The notes below the pieces were generated by a model. That model saw nothing but the letters and a program-made list of their open reading frames with translations, searched no databases and was not told where the DNA came from. From Owenia fusiformis (Eukaryota), in the NCBI GenBank assembly GCA_903813345.2, contig CAIIXF020000001.1, forward strand, positions 31,744,001-31,808,000: DNA of 64,000 nt, in the 5' to 3' direction. The position numbers and the translations under genes are program-made. Of this stretch, positions 30,101 through 44,500 are shown piece by piece (position 1 is the stretch's first letter; every line of letters begins with the position of its first letter).

Positions 30101-33100
30101 GACATATACAATTAGAATTTGTTAGATTATGATTTACAAAGCCTTGTGACTGAGATACATGATAACTGTAGTTGCTTGGGGTCCAGGGACATTCAGTGCA
30201 AACAAACCACTTTTCACTATCTTTGCTATACATAGTATAATGTGAATATATATCCACAGCTGGCTTAGCCTTGACGTATTGAGTAAAACTGTACTCTGTC
30301 TTAATAAATGAGCTAATAAGATCTGAAGGTTTGTTAGAAATAAAAAGATAAATAGATAAGCAGAAATGGTGATGCATGATTTTGCATTTAGAAAACATAC
30401 TCACCATCGAAAGTAACTATCCTAAAATCTTTAGGTCCATTTACGCTGGAATGAGTATCATCTTTTGATCCATGGAGAAATCCCAAAAGACACGATAATC
30501 CATGTAAAACAAACAGTGCTGCTCCGTTTTTGTACATTTTTCTAACTTTCACTTGTGTTCATAACTTGTTTAGTAGTCCATGTCACACTCCTTGTTAACT
30601 GGTCCCTGTTAAAACACACTTTATATAGTGATTTTGTAATAATCGGGTAGACTGAATCAAATGTGCGTATTCACCGTCCTAAAGATATAACTGAACTACT
30701 TCATGGGCCAACTCAAATGCCAAACATGGGGGTCGACTCAAAAACAGCTGCTGTACTGTTACCTTTATCTATACTATACTGCCATCTATATTTACGTTGG
30801 ATTTCTTTTATACTAAAAAATGTACAGCGTACCTTACATATGAGCGATTTTAAAATGAAACCTATGCTTTTAATAAAGAAACCACTTCATAGAAACCACA
30901 ATCTTATCTGTGCAAAAAATAACACCGAGTAAAGATAACATTTAACATATGATTTAACATTAACCCTTATTAAGCCATCCCTTCGAGGCTTTTTAAATTG
31001 ATTACAGTTTGAAGGAATCGGGAAATCTGCAGTAAATCCAAGCATGAAGAAAACGTCCTTTAGAGAAATCCTAGGTAGAATTCAGACTTCAATCAAATCA
31101 ATTTGTTTGATTGCGGAACAAAACCAACAAAATTAATCCTAATTTAATCCTTTGAAAATGTATTAGTACAAAATTACAGACTTCTGCTCTCTTTAATATA
31201 ACAGAGATCCCTGGAATAACAGACTTCTAGCCAAATTAATAGAGTTCTATGTTACGACATATGGAATATATGCATATTAGTTAACCATTGCATCATTTGG
31301 AAGCATAAATGGATTTCTTTAATTGATATGTGTGTAATTTACATTGAGTGCACCTGATACTTTTCTGACCCGAGATTTATAATTATGAATCATATTTCTA
31401 AATGGAACATAATTATTAGATAATGGAGCTCTGTATCACTAATACGCTGAAAGTGTTACTTTAAGCAATAAATGTGATAACGTACCATCAATGAGATCCA
31501 GTTACAGGATTTTATTCTGACTTTGCTTGACTTTATATAATTACTGTTCGTCAGAAACAATGAATCATAATCTTGCAGGTTTTATTCAGCAGCCAGTGTT
31601 TGAATTTACATACACCAAGGGGCAAATTCCCTTTCTACAAGCTGGCAAATATGCTGTATATTAGATTCGCTACACAGCTATTAAGGAAAGTATTGTTATG
31701 AACTATTAAAACAACATATAATATGATTCGGTACTAAATAAATAGAAATGAAAATCTCAATAGGCTTGCTACCTGCCTTCGTTTAAATCACTTTATCATT
31801 TTGGCAAATATTATTGTGTACATTCAATAAAGCTTATAGTACACCTGTGTATGGAAAATGCAACTGAATCATATGTTACTTATTGCAAAAATTGACAAAA
31901 TACCAGCTGAATCAAGATTTACGAATTTAATTTGTGTATGTAATTAAACATTCAATATGAATCTAGAAAGAATGAAAGTGATGTGTCATTTGAGCTGGTC
32001 CCTCTTTATATTTGGTCATATACTTATGAAGTTAAAGTGGATCTTAAACTGTCAGATAACAGTGCACTAAATCAGCCTTTATACCACTAGAATACAGGTC
32101 TAGTTCTCTATGACGTAAAATAGTACTATCTTGAAATATACACCTAGTCTCCTATCTATAAATTGTAACACCAAAACACATGCAAGCATTTCGGCAAACG
32201 TAAAAGAACAAGCCGTAGAATTTGGTTTATGTAGAATTTGGACTATTCTGTCTGTGCAATTTGATCAGATCACATGACATCTATTGCTTATTATTATTGG
32301 TCGATCCAGGTATGAGGTACGTACGCAAAGGTCCCGGCTATAATCTTTAGGTACACCTTTCCAGTTTACACAACATGCACACTAAAGCACCATAGAGTTG
32401 ACAAGTATAAAGAAATAGTAAATAATTTACCCAACTAGTAATCACGTTGAATATAAGAATGTTGAGACAAGACCAACGTAGATGCCTTTAGGCTAACCTT
32501 CTTAGGAAATTTGAAAATACGAAACGTCATTATATTAAATAATAATAAATAATTCATAATAAATATAATTCCCAAAAACCAAGTTATATGGAATACAATT
32601 CAATTCAATTTATTTATTCCTTGATTATCATAATTATACAATGAACATAAATACCTTTTTACATTTAGATTTTGGGACCATTTCCATGAAACTAGATGTA
32701 ACTCCGCTACTCATCAATCAAGAGATCAAATTCAATTATGAGATAATCCCTAAACACAATTGTTGGTCAACAATTCAAAATTAAATTGTGTAAACTTTTC
32801 ACTCCCATGAAACTATGGTCACGTGACAGGTATTTGACGTATACTTCCCACATATTTTGTAGAAAAAGACCGACATGTATAATTGATTATTACAGACTAC
32901 CCTCTTTGTTCGTCAAACAATTCATTTTATTGAAATAGATAAAATACTTGATATTTGGTTTATTAGCTATAAATGTTTTCTAAACATTTATGTTTAGATG
33001 AAAGATTGAAATTCGAGGACAGTATTTAGTCGTCAACAAAGTAAATAAAAAGAACTCCTGCACTGTCACGATTTAAGCTATACAATCCACTTTTGAACAA

Positions 33101-34916
33101 TTGAGAAAATTCCTTATTGACTACCATTCAATCTGGAGGTTACAACCTAGAAGTGACAATTAGTGAGATAAACGGCATCTATCGGTTCCTGGTTGGATGT
33201 AATCTTGGACCACGTCTTAATTTGATTATCTCAATTATATCCTTTAACATGTACTCTCTCGATAATACACAATGATTTCCTCTTGAAAACCACTATCGAC
33301 ATAAATGTTTTGCTGCACGTTGCAATACTTAGAACTTCTTTATTAACACATAGATCTTCTTCTTGACAACTGTTTTATGAGTATTACGTGTGACAAATCA
33401 TTAAAGTACGTGTGTCACATCATTAAGCCATATTAATCAACCAAAAAGAACTCTTCAATCAAGGGGTCAGAAAAAGTAGCTCATAGCCAATTTTATTCTC
33501 TATACCATAAATGGTCCTTTTCCCATTTAGCTTTGAAATCTCGTTAAAGTCTCGTTTTTAATGAGATTTTAGGAGATCTGCATTTTTAACCATTAAAGAC
33601 TAAAAGTTTCTTCCATTTGATGGCATATTCGAATTCCCTGTGTAATTTTCTATCAAAACAACTTTGATTTGCACTGTTATTCACCTTTATTCAAATTCTA
33701 ATGCTTTTCTAGATATGTAAAAAAGGTCGGGCTAAATCCCCATTGACACAATGCTGAAAAACCTTTAAATGTTCATTTACTCCTAGAAGGATCACAATTT
33801 TAATGTGAAATCACAATCCACATGTCAATAAGATCATAAAGTTACATTCCAATGGTATTTTATGTTTATCCAAATGGAATTACTTCTTAAATCAAGAATT
33901 AATTAAGTGACTCTGGCAATGGCATTTACATGTATTCTAGCCCTACCATAGCCCTACCAATACCCATCTTGCCATCTATTTTCCATATGGAATGTCAATC
34001 GGGAGAAGAGGAATAAATAAATCTAAAATTTAAATTTAATGGATAATAACCGTATCATCAATAACAGACACTTTTCAGAGACATTACAATTATTACCATT
34101 TCGCAAAAGAACGTCAAAAAGATATGCCAACCTGGTAAGGTGATGTTTGGAAGCATGTTATTGTAAAACCAGCTAGATTTTATGAATTTCAGAAATTGGT
34201 GGCATACCTAAAGACTACTGAGACTAATACATTATCAACTGAATATGTATTTGAGAAAACATACATCCAGCAGATATACTCAATAGTCTTGCTTCAATCT
34301 GGACCCAACTGTACTGTTAGGTACAAGCTCAGTATTGCCAAATTTCAAATCAAAACTGCTTGACGTTTCCATGGTCAGACCAAATATTTTGTTTTTATAA
34401 TAAAAAAACATATGATGGCAACTACATTTTATTGTGCAGATCGTATCGTTAACAAATTACCCTGAGGCGACGATGTTAGCAGTAATTACTTTTGTAGATG
34501 TATCTCTCTTCTAAAGCAGAGACTCCTGGGCAGCGACATATAAAACTGTTTTATATGTTTCTGTTTAAAAAGCAAAACTATAGTGAAAGGGGCAGAACAG
34601 TATAGGTGAGATTATTCGAAAGTGAAAGAAAGTATTGAGGTAATTTGAGATGTTTCATCGAAATTGGGAGTCGGAATCAAAATAATGGATTTGTGTCCTA
34701 AAACTTATATTTGAGATATAGGCTATTTGAAGCAAACAATGCTGCCATCTTTCAAAGATTACGATTAATGACAAAAGCAGATGGTAAATATATTCAATCG
34801 ATCAAGATGAAACATAACAACAATGAGTCATCATGATACACCATGACATCTCATTTCTTCTCAGGTGAAACAGAAAGATGCTATGAGTATCAGAATGACA
34901 ATGAGTGCACATTATA

Positions 34917-35584
34917 TACTCCTAAAAAAAGTTAAGGACCAGTATTTTTCCTCATAGGTTTACATGTTAAACCTTATGTATCTTTAAACTTTATTTTCTA
35001 AGCCCGAAACGAAAGAAAAACTGATAATGTAAATGTATATGTACATTGGCGGCTCTGTTCACTGTATTTCAGGACATTTTCAATTTAATTTCTCTATTAC
35101 AATAGGTCAAAAATTGATGTCAAAGTTGAGGAATTTTAAAGAAAATTGCAGAACCCATGTTAACCAATGGGAAATAGAGGGTTAGGGGCAAATCAGATTT
35201 TTGGATATGTATTCGGTAAAACATTTATCAAAACAAGACAAGTAGACAAGTTAGCAAATTCAATTGTCTATTTACATTCCATTTTTGAGAGCAGTTGAAT
35301 TGATGGATATTTTCTCATATGACTTTTGGCAACCCAACCATTTCCCATTGGATTACATGGGCTCTGCCATTTTTTTAAAATTTTCCTCAAATTTGACATC
35401 AATTTTTGACATATTGTAACGAAGATATTGAATTGAAAATTTTCTGAAATATAGAGAATAGAGTCAAGGTACATATCCATTTACATTATCAGTTTTTCTT
35501 TCGTTTCAGGCTTTGGAAATAGGAGTTCAAAAAGACATGGGGTTTAACATGTAAACCCATGAGGAAAAATACTGGTCCTTAACT
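34917..35584. mobile_element. Fold-back MITE with long (~250 bp) inverted arms, Tc1-like left end
   Basis: AGTTAAGGACCAGTATTTTTCCTCATAGGTTTACATGTTAAACC... is mirrored at ~35541-35584; the outermost right terminus is missing. Confidence 0.8.
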
Positions 35585-37032
35585 GTGCAACTATTCCCCA
35601 TAAAATTCTACTTAATCTACCAGAAACTTGTTTTCATAACTAATTTGTTTCACAATAACCAAGTTGCTCTCAAGAACATGGTAATCTAGGAAAATGCGAG
35701 ACATGGGGTAACATACACATAAATAAGGATACACAAACGTATATTTGTACCAGAGATTTAACAGTTCCTAGATTTAAAGTAGATTTACTTCAGGATATTA
35801 TGGCGATTCCATTGTGAGTTCTACCCACGTATTCTTTTGATACGCACGTCATAGTTTTTATCTACTAGATTGATATCTAATCAATCTAAAAACTCGTGTT
35901 TATGGGTGCAGCTATTGGGTCGTTGGCCAAAGAACGATAAAGTAAAATATTATATATTTATTTATAAGCAGGCCCATAGGCCAGTTTTGTGTGAACTACA
36001 TCACTTCAGCAAGAATTCTACATGTAAAGAAACTCTACACTTACACATTTCCTTGTAGAAATGAACACCTAGAAATACTGAGCATACACCAATTTTGCAT
36101 ACACCAAATTGTCCAATATATGATTATTTGACGATCCCATCAATTTTAGAAAATCCAGTCGATACTCTAGCAGATCCACAAAGCCAGGCCCTCCCCGTAC
36201 CGACATATGTCGGTACTCCAGGCGATGCCTTTTAAAGAATACTAGAATAGTAGGGTACTTGCCAAAAATATATGTTTTTGCCATTTTACATTTTATTTTA
36301 AATTGTTCAATTTTTGGGCCCATGGGAGGGGTAAAATTAGGTTAAAAATTTACATGCCCTTTTTACCTTTTAGGAACGTTTTACCTTGGAAGCATACCTT
36401 TTCAAAAAGTGTTATTTTAGACCACATGTCAATAGGATTTTTAAAGTTATACATCAAAAATAAGAAATTTTAGAAATGTGCCTGTTTAGCTTTTTTAAGT
36501 CATATAAACCGTAGGACTCTTTGACAAAAGGACACTTAAGTAAAGCCATATTGATAGCGGTTTACAATTGCACCCAATGGGGATTTTCCAAAATTCAAAC
36601 GCCAACATCTTTAGAACTAGAGAAAAGAAAAATATTACCTTCTTATTCTGAAGATCATTTAATGCTGCATGTGACAAACTCCAGTACTCGGTACTAGAAA
36701 TATGGGGTTCATTACTTTAGGAATGTTCTGTAAGGGTCCATTGAAAATTGATTAAATAACACGGGGTTCAATAAAAACGTGCAACATTTTCGAAGTCTGC
36801 TTTTATCCACTGAGGCCACTTTCCAATACGATTTTGGTAGATATCAAAAATATATGTGTTAAGTGATACTTTGGTGCTTTATATAGCATTTGCAACTCTA
36901 GGGTTTTACATTTCCAGATGTAATTTTACATTTAGATTTCAAATATGATATCACTTTGATTGGATTTCGAGTTTTTAATAACGTAAATCAATATTATTTT
37001 TACTTGCATCTACTTAAACACAAAATGACATA

Positions 37033-38078
37033 CGAGGGTTGTCCCAGAAGTAATGCACTATATGCTCTAACTTTATCAATAATTGATATTTTTCCATGAA
37101 ATTTTCAGTAAATGTTCCTTAGAGACATTTCTTTTATACTAGAAATTTTCATGTTGACTGATAAAACTATATTGATGTTATAATAAAATCAAGTTGGTGA
37201 GTTTGGGTAGGGCGGGGCAGGTTATACAGTCACGTCAAAAGGAATAAAAATTGAAAATCTGAAATAATTAATCAACAAATACCATTTGGTGTAGCTATGA
37301 GAAGTATGCTCAAAAATACATTTAAAGATACTAAATTACTATGAGCACATCTTAGATTTAATGGATGTATATTGCACAGTGTCCCATTTCACATTTTCTC
37401 AAAATATTGCCCTTTGCATGTTATGTACTTTTGATGCCTGTCAGGTCAAACACTCTAGGCACTCTTCCACTGTGCCTCCCATGTTTGGAGTTGTCATACA
37501 GGGTCAAATCGTCTCTTTTAAATCTCTCCTGTCACCCCATAATTGTAGTTCTATCTGGAATATACTCCTTATATACTTTCATCATGGTAGCATTGTTTTG
37601 CGTGGCTGTGAGTCCAAGTGAAGTATGAAATTAGGCCACCAAACGCAAGGCCTTCTGTTATCAGGTGAGAATTGCAGCCATTTTGCAATTTCTTGACTGT
37701 GACTGTATTTGAATTCGTGACTATTGAAATGTGGTATTATGACATCACAGTGCTAAATGTCATTATTCGTACTTGATTAACATCATGCTGAATGAATTTA
37801 ACAATTTCCCAAACATTTTGACCATTTAAAGGAAAGAAATATTAATAAAATAACACTTTAGATATTTTCATAATTAGAAAAATTGGTACCTGCCCCACCC
37901 ACCCCTACCCCCATGTTGTTATAGCAACCATATTAAGACTTAATATTAATGTTGGATGCTGGAACTTCAGGATATAATAGATAAAACTTCAATTGTTATA
38001 TACACAAAATTTCAGCTGAATTGAAGAATATTAAAGAAAGTTAGAGCATATAGTGCATTACTTCTGGGACAACCCTCG
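37033..38078 (-). mobile_element. Internally deleted mariner element, copy 1
   Basis: TA target duplication; ~40-bp TIR CGAGGGTTGTCCCAGAAGTAATGCACTATATGCTCTAACTTT; colinear reverse complement of 50643..51710. Confidence 0.92.
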
Positions 38079-40355
38079 TAGTTGTCATAAATTAAATCAT
38101 CGCAACTTATTTACAATATTATGTCACAAAAGGTGTTTGTGTAGAATCCAGATATGCATGCAAAAGAACAGCCAGTCCGTTATATTACCAATATATGTTA
38201 CTTTGACGACTTACGTCAATGTAACAAAAGCGATGGTCTAAATGCATGAATCAAAGCTTTACTAATGTTTACTAATATTTACAAATCAAATTCCAAACCG
38301 AGAGCATTTCTAAAAGCTTGACTGTATTGTCTAACTTTGTGCTAAATTATAAACCGCAACAGTGGCACAGTCATACTTTTTTCGTCAAAAATTATTTCGG
38401 AGCCACCTAACGGTGAATTTGGTGAAAACTTCAAATTTGCTTAAATTTTGCCAAATTTGCTTAATTTCTGTCTATTTATTAATTTTTGCCAATTTGCTAA
38501 AAATTAAAAGTTTTACCTTTGTCAAACAATTGCAAGAGCAAAAGACAAGTGAAATATCCCAATTTTTGACCAATTTTGTTCATTTGGAACATTTATGGGC
38601 AAAAACCTCGAACTTTTTTCAACAAAGGCCTCTTAAAATCCCTTTAAATTTTATGTTTTTACCACTTTCTGGATATGTCAGAAAAATAAATCCAAAATAA
38701 ATAGCTCAAGGACATTATCAGACATAGCAAAGTTGTATAATTCAATTGTCTATTTTCCATTACTTGCACAATGTGCTCTTCAAATAAATTAGCAAAAATG
38801 TGAGTTCTAGTGAAGAAAATTTTGAAAGTGACTCCTGACCAAAAAAGAGTTTTCTAGCATTCAGAACTTTGGTGTATCACGTACATTGCATCACTGAACT
38901 TTCACATGTTCAAAATTCTCTGATTTATATCATAGGAGTTTAGCCTTGCTAAATAGTTGAAAATACTCTATAAACAGCCAATAGATGTCTAGCCCATTTT
39001 CAGGAAAAGAATCTTAGGCCTAAAGCAGTTCCCCATTGAACCAACATGTAAAACATAACATTTACACTATGATTTTAACATCATAATGCTACCATTTCTG
39101 TTTCCTCATTCATTCAGAAAATCATCAGATCTTTAGGTAAGATCTTATATATCATTGGTATGAAGTTTTTTAGTCTTTTAAAACAACATAAATAATGGAA
39201 AATAAAGATGAATATTGGCTATTTTGTCTAAAATATTTGGCTTGATGTTGGTCAGCTTAAATCACCAAAATGATCAATAAGTTTATATAGCCACCAGTAA
39301 GATACTGCTTGTTTTAAGTGCAGCTTGAATTACAATGTTTACTATTGTCCACATACTGATACATGATAAAAGGTTAACTAGATAGTTAGAGACTATTCAG
39401 ATATTTGATGCAGGATTTGAGAGTTTACATTCAGACATAATTTATAATCCCAAATAATTATTCGCAGACTCAGAAACTGATCCAACTTACACTTATATTT
39501 GACATCATTGAAAATGTTTCCAAAGTTTTTTCTCCAGACATTTTTATTAACGAATACTACAAAATGTAATTATAGATGTTAGATATCTTGTACTTTCAGA
39601 AGAAATACTAAGAAGAAAGTAGATGTAATGTATGGCCCTGTAGTGACCCTTGACCAATTAGTCATTTTCCAGTTATATAACAGTTGGAAAAGATATGTCT
39701 TTGATGTCTTTAAATAGATAACAATCTTATCATGACATATGGCCCAAGAATTTTTTAAAATAAAAATATTTTTTTCAAAGAATCAAAGAAAAGGGTGAAA
39801 AATCTAGAGAATCCCCATACCTTCTATGTTATCATTTCCTGAATTTTTATCACATGACTGCCATCTATAAATGGAATTAGCTTAGGCTAAAAGGGCTTAT
39901 TAGGGACCATTTTGACCTAACATCACAATCAGACAGTTTATACTCGGTTAGTATGTTTTTTTGTACAATTGAATTCCTTTTGATGGTATTAGAACAGTAT
40001 TTGAGGCCTGAATGCAAAGTGCAAACCTATCATCTCTATAAAAAGAAAAATATTTATTGGTTGTGTTGTAATGATTGTGCTAGCGCAACCCAGTCTGTTA
40101 TTTCAGCACAATGCAAAATTATATACAATGGCCCAAATTGGGAGTTTAACATTGGTTTCCTCGTATGCCATGAAGGTGCTTCACTACCAAAATTGGTTCC
40201 TAATAATACCTGTTAGTATGCTTGGTGGTGCTCTAATAAGTTAGGGTTATAGCCATCGTGGTAAGCCACGCCCTCTCCATCTCTATCCTTCTGCGATGCA
40301 ACAGAGAGAGATGCTATGAGTATCAGAATGGGTTATAGCTAGATGGAACACTTTA

Positions 40356-40885
40356 CCCCCCTATCACACCAAACTAGTTCTTACCCGTTCTTGCCAGTCC
40401 TACGAAAATGTCGTAAAACGGGATCAATCTGATAATTAGCTACTTCGTTCATAAACAATACGCCCATCTCATTCGCAGTTCGTTCAGGTCGCACCACGTC
40501 GGTGTGCAACATAGTATAAACTGTCCCTTAGCCTAGAAGGTCATCATGACCTGATTACAGAACGGTATGGTCACCATCGAATTTTGAATCGATTCAAAAT
40601 TCTAAATCACATACCCCGTCCGGGAAAGTCCATGAAGTTCGTAAACAGACCGTAGAACATTGTAGCTACGTTCATTCAGTTCGCACACAGTTTAAACCAG
40701 AAAATTTTGAGCATGCTCTAAGTGCTGGAGGTGGAGGACCTACTCGTTCTAGTAGTTTCATGAAGTTTGTAAACAGATCCCAAACGGTTCTTAGTGGGTT
40801 CTTCTTAGTACGTCAAATCCGTTCGTGCACAGTTTAAGCCCGTTTTCGAGAACGTAGTGAGAACTAGTTTGGTGCGATAGTAGGG
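40356..40885. mobile_element. MITE with TTA target duplication (PIF/Harbinger-like)
   Basis: TIR CCCCCCTATCACACCAAACTAGTTCT versus CCCTACTATCGCACCAAACTAGTTCT; TTA on both sides; CpG-rich interior with internal repeats. Confidence 0.8.
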
Positions 40886-40994
40886 TTAGTAGTTATGCAA
40901 AAAATTGTACAGTTCGGGCTCAGCCAAACGTAGTAGTAATAGCTGAATAGTGTACAAACAAGTACTGTAAATAAATTCAATTTTCATATAGATA

Positions 40995-41000
40995 TTTATT
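40995..41000 (-). terminator. Candidate polyadenylation signal AATAAA for SPAG16
   Basis: AATAAA on the minus strand ~410 nt past the stop; another copy lies near 41250, so usage is unknown. Confidence 0.4.
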
Positions 41001-41409
41001 TACAATTTCAATTTTATACACACAAATATGTACACATTTCAAGAGTGGAATTCAATAATGTGCCCCCAGAGATGTCTAAGACTATGATTGGGTCAAAATT
41101 CAACAATGCTGTCCTAAAGTGATGAAATTAAGGTGCCTACTGATTTACAATTTTACCAAAAATTAATCACAGATTATTTTTTTAAATCAAGTGGCTTTCC
41201 TCTGAAAAACTTTGCTATATCTGTAGATAACTCCTAAAATCTTGAAAATTTATTGGCCAAAATTTATCCTTAACCTTTTACCAATTTGTAAGCAAATCAC
41301 ACAATGTTTGTTTCCTATTTTTAATAAATCTGAGTCCTGCAATATCTCAATACAACTCCAATGATGGACTTTCATACACCATCTCTAGTAGTGGTAATAT
41401 CTAAACAGT

Positions 41410-41520
41410 CTATGACCAAATCCTCACTGTACAGTCACTACCCCCAGATACAAGGAATTCTCCATTTCTGTCAAATATTGTGGATTGTGCTGCATCTTCG
41501 TGTCCTACCAGAGATGTCAC
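41410..41520 (-). CDS. SPAG16: SPAG16 terminal exon 15 (VTSLVGHEDAAQSTIFDRNGEFLVSGGSDCTVRIWS*)
   Basis: TTTTCAG| acceptor; last WD40 repeat then TAG stop; not in the ORF track. Confidence 0.95.
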   Translation of the reverse strand: MTSLVGHEDAAQSTIFDRNGEFLVSGGSDCTVRIWS

Positions 41521-44500
41521 CTGAAAATATGCAAATATTACATTACAGCAAAGCTTCCCAGAGATTTTGAAAACAAAGTCGTTGGCTTCTCATTTCTCAA
41601 ATATTCAAATTTCCCACCATTTTTCAATTTTTTAATCATCAAATATTCCACTCTATACAGTGCAAAAAAACTTTTTTTAAATCCAATGCAAAGATTGAAC
41701 AAAGGACACACTCTTACAATAACAAACAAGGTATTAACATGACAAAATGTAACCACCTAGTTGCTCACATTATTAATAGTTCAATCTTAAGTCAGTTTTG
41801 AATTTCTGAGAACTTGTTGATGATTTAAGGAATAAATAATGATAGGCCATTCAATATGGTGAAATTCAGCACGAGTTGGACAGAATGTTGTACAAAGCAC
41901 GAACCGAAGATTCAAACATAAAAATAAAAGCCGTGTCTGTGGAACGGGCATGAAGGAAGAATACGCATGCTGTCAAGATTCTGAAGTCGTTCAGTATTTA
42001 TCTGTCCCCGGACAGAGCCCCAGATGTGCAGCTGAGATGTGACGTCACTCAAAACAATGCAAATTGCAGATTGAATAGAGCATGGTCGTGCATCTATGGA
42101 GAATTAGAGAACGTTCTATATTGGCTATGCTGCATTCTGATTGGTTGAGAAATTCGAATAGAGCACGGTCATGTTTGAATTTGAAATAATAAATTGGTCA
42201 ATTTGAAAAAAAGACCTTTTTGACCTTGAGAAGGTCATTAAAGGTCAAATCTTTTTTGACCTTTGGAGTATCACTGAAGGTCAAATCTATGATCAGATTT
42301 GAACTTTTGAGAACTTGTAGATGATTTTGAAAAAGATTGGTCAATTTGAAGTTGAAAAAATACCTTTTGACCTTTTTTGACATTAAAAAGGGTCACTGAA
42401 GGTCAAATCTCAAATATAAAGTCAAATTAGAATTTCTGATAATTTGTAAATGATTTTGAAAAAAAATCGGTCAATTTGAAGCAAGTTGAAAAAATACCTT
42501 TTTGACCTTTGTTAACCTTTTTTGACCTTCAAAAGGTCATCGAAGGTCAAATCTTAAAGGGGCAACAAGGACTATAGGGAGAAAATTTGAAAGTGTCAAA
42601 AACAGTGTCCAATGCTTATAGGTATTCACAAAATTGCTCCACTACTTTTCAAGTTACAGCAAAAATCATAAAATAAGTGTAGGCTGATCAAGGTGGCTGC
42701 CATGTGCTTCTTTAATATCTTCATTTATTTATTTCTGGCTCCTATATAACATTTTTACTTTTAAAACATATTGCTATTCGATGGGACAAAAAGAAATTAA
42801 TAAATAAATTCACCTGTCCAGAGGCAACCTCATACATCTTCACAGATCCATCATTGCTAGCTACTGCAACAATTGAGCCTGATGGGTCAAAGGCTACTCT
42901 GTTGGCAGGATGTGGTCCAACATCAAGACTGGTCATGGGAGCAACTGTGCGTACATCCCATAATTTTATGATTCCATAAGAGTCACAGGATGCAACCGTG
43001 TCACCCTAGAAAATAATAATAATTTGTACACCATAATTTTGTTTCAGTTTCAATGAAGTGAACAAGTTTTGACTAGGCCCATACTTTGTCAGTTATAAAA
43101 ATCAAAATTTGAGACAGCAAGTTATTCAAATTGTAGCACATTATGAAAATGACTTACTCTGAGGTTGAATGTTACATGATTAACAGAATGCATATGTCCA
43201 TAGAACGTCTGCGCACACAAGCCCTGAAATGCATTTGAATTTTCAAATATATATTTTAGCAGCAAGGAACAATAATTATTTAGTGAGGTGTCCACCAGGT
43301 TCATGAGGTGACTCTTGTAACTCCAAAGTATAATCAACCAAACTAATATTCTCATAATTCACTTTATAAGGCAATACTTCAACAAGAACAATCCAAGTAT
43401 CTAGCTGGAGAGCAGTGAATGTAATGAAAAAAATACGTACTGTTCTTGCATCCCAAAGTGAAAGTGTTTTATCAGCTGAGCAGGTACAGAGAGTGTTAGA
43501 GAAAGGTAGGAATTCTATACTATTAACAGAGTCAGCATGGCCTCTCAGTGTATACCGACATCGCAAGCTACAACAATATACATGAATAATATAAAGTAAT
43601 TATCCAATTTCTTCAGGTGTTAATGGATGGCATAATGGCTTGAAATGGATTATTGGAAAATATAAGTATCATCTCCTTATTGATTAGCTTTTTTTAACAA
43701 ATTGGAACGATGAAAAGTCATGTCACCTTAAACAATGAAAACACAATATCTTAGATGGGGCATTAAAGGCTATATTTTACATGTACTATCTAAAAGTAAT
43801 TTTTTTAAACAAACTACATGTATGCACTTTTCTGTATACCTGTTGAGATCCCAAACTTTTGAAGTATTATCAAGGGAGCAGGTAGCAAGGAAGTCTCCAC
43901 AGGAATGCCAACTGCAGCCCCATACAGCATGAGTATGGTCCTCAAATGTATGCACACATTCAGCCTTTGAGAAGTCCCATATTTTAGCTGTGGAGTCTCC
44001 ACTTACAGTTGCCAGCCTTGAACCTCTGCAAATGATCAAAAAGGTGATTTATAAACAAAAGGTGAAGATTTCATTTTTTTGGGATTATTATTGAATCACA
44101 CATTTGAGTAGAAGAGGAATGCATGCTAGATTGCCTACAGTCATTTAAAACACATAAAAGTCTTGGGAAAATACAAGGTTTAAAATATTATTCATTGAAA
44201 TAAAAAATCAAATATGTTGTTTACATACATGCATTGGGTTTATTTCGATTTTAGAATTTCAATCTTATTTTACAGTATGCATGTGTATGGTGTTTAAAAA
44301 ACATTATGCCAGGGGCTTACGTTGGATGGAAAGCACAATCAGCTACCCAGTCTGTGTGTCCCTCCCCTGTCATGATAATTTCTCCACTGGGTATAGACCA
44401 CATCTTCCATGTATGGTCATCACTGGTTGTCGCAAGAATCTGCTTGCGTGGATGCAAAGCAAGACTGCAATATATATAAAAATATATTCGTAAGGCTCAT

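Noticed and set aside
38358..38776. Transib/RSS-like ends (CAACAGTGG ... CACAATGTG)
   Set aside because: TIR match is too short and there is no 5-bp TSD
2..41360. Short ORFs from the six-frame track
   Set aside because: Apart from the LINE remnant (790..1032), none has recognisable domains or consistent splice structure; their lengths are expected by chance
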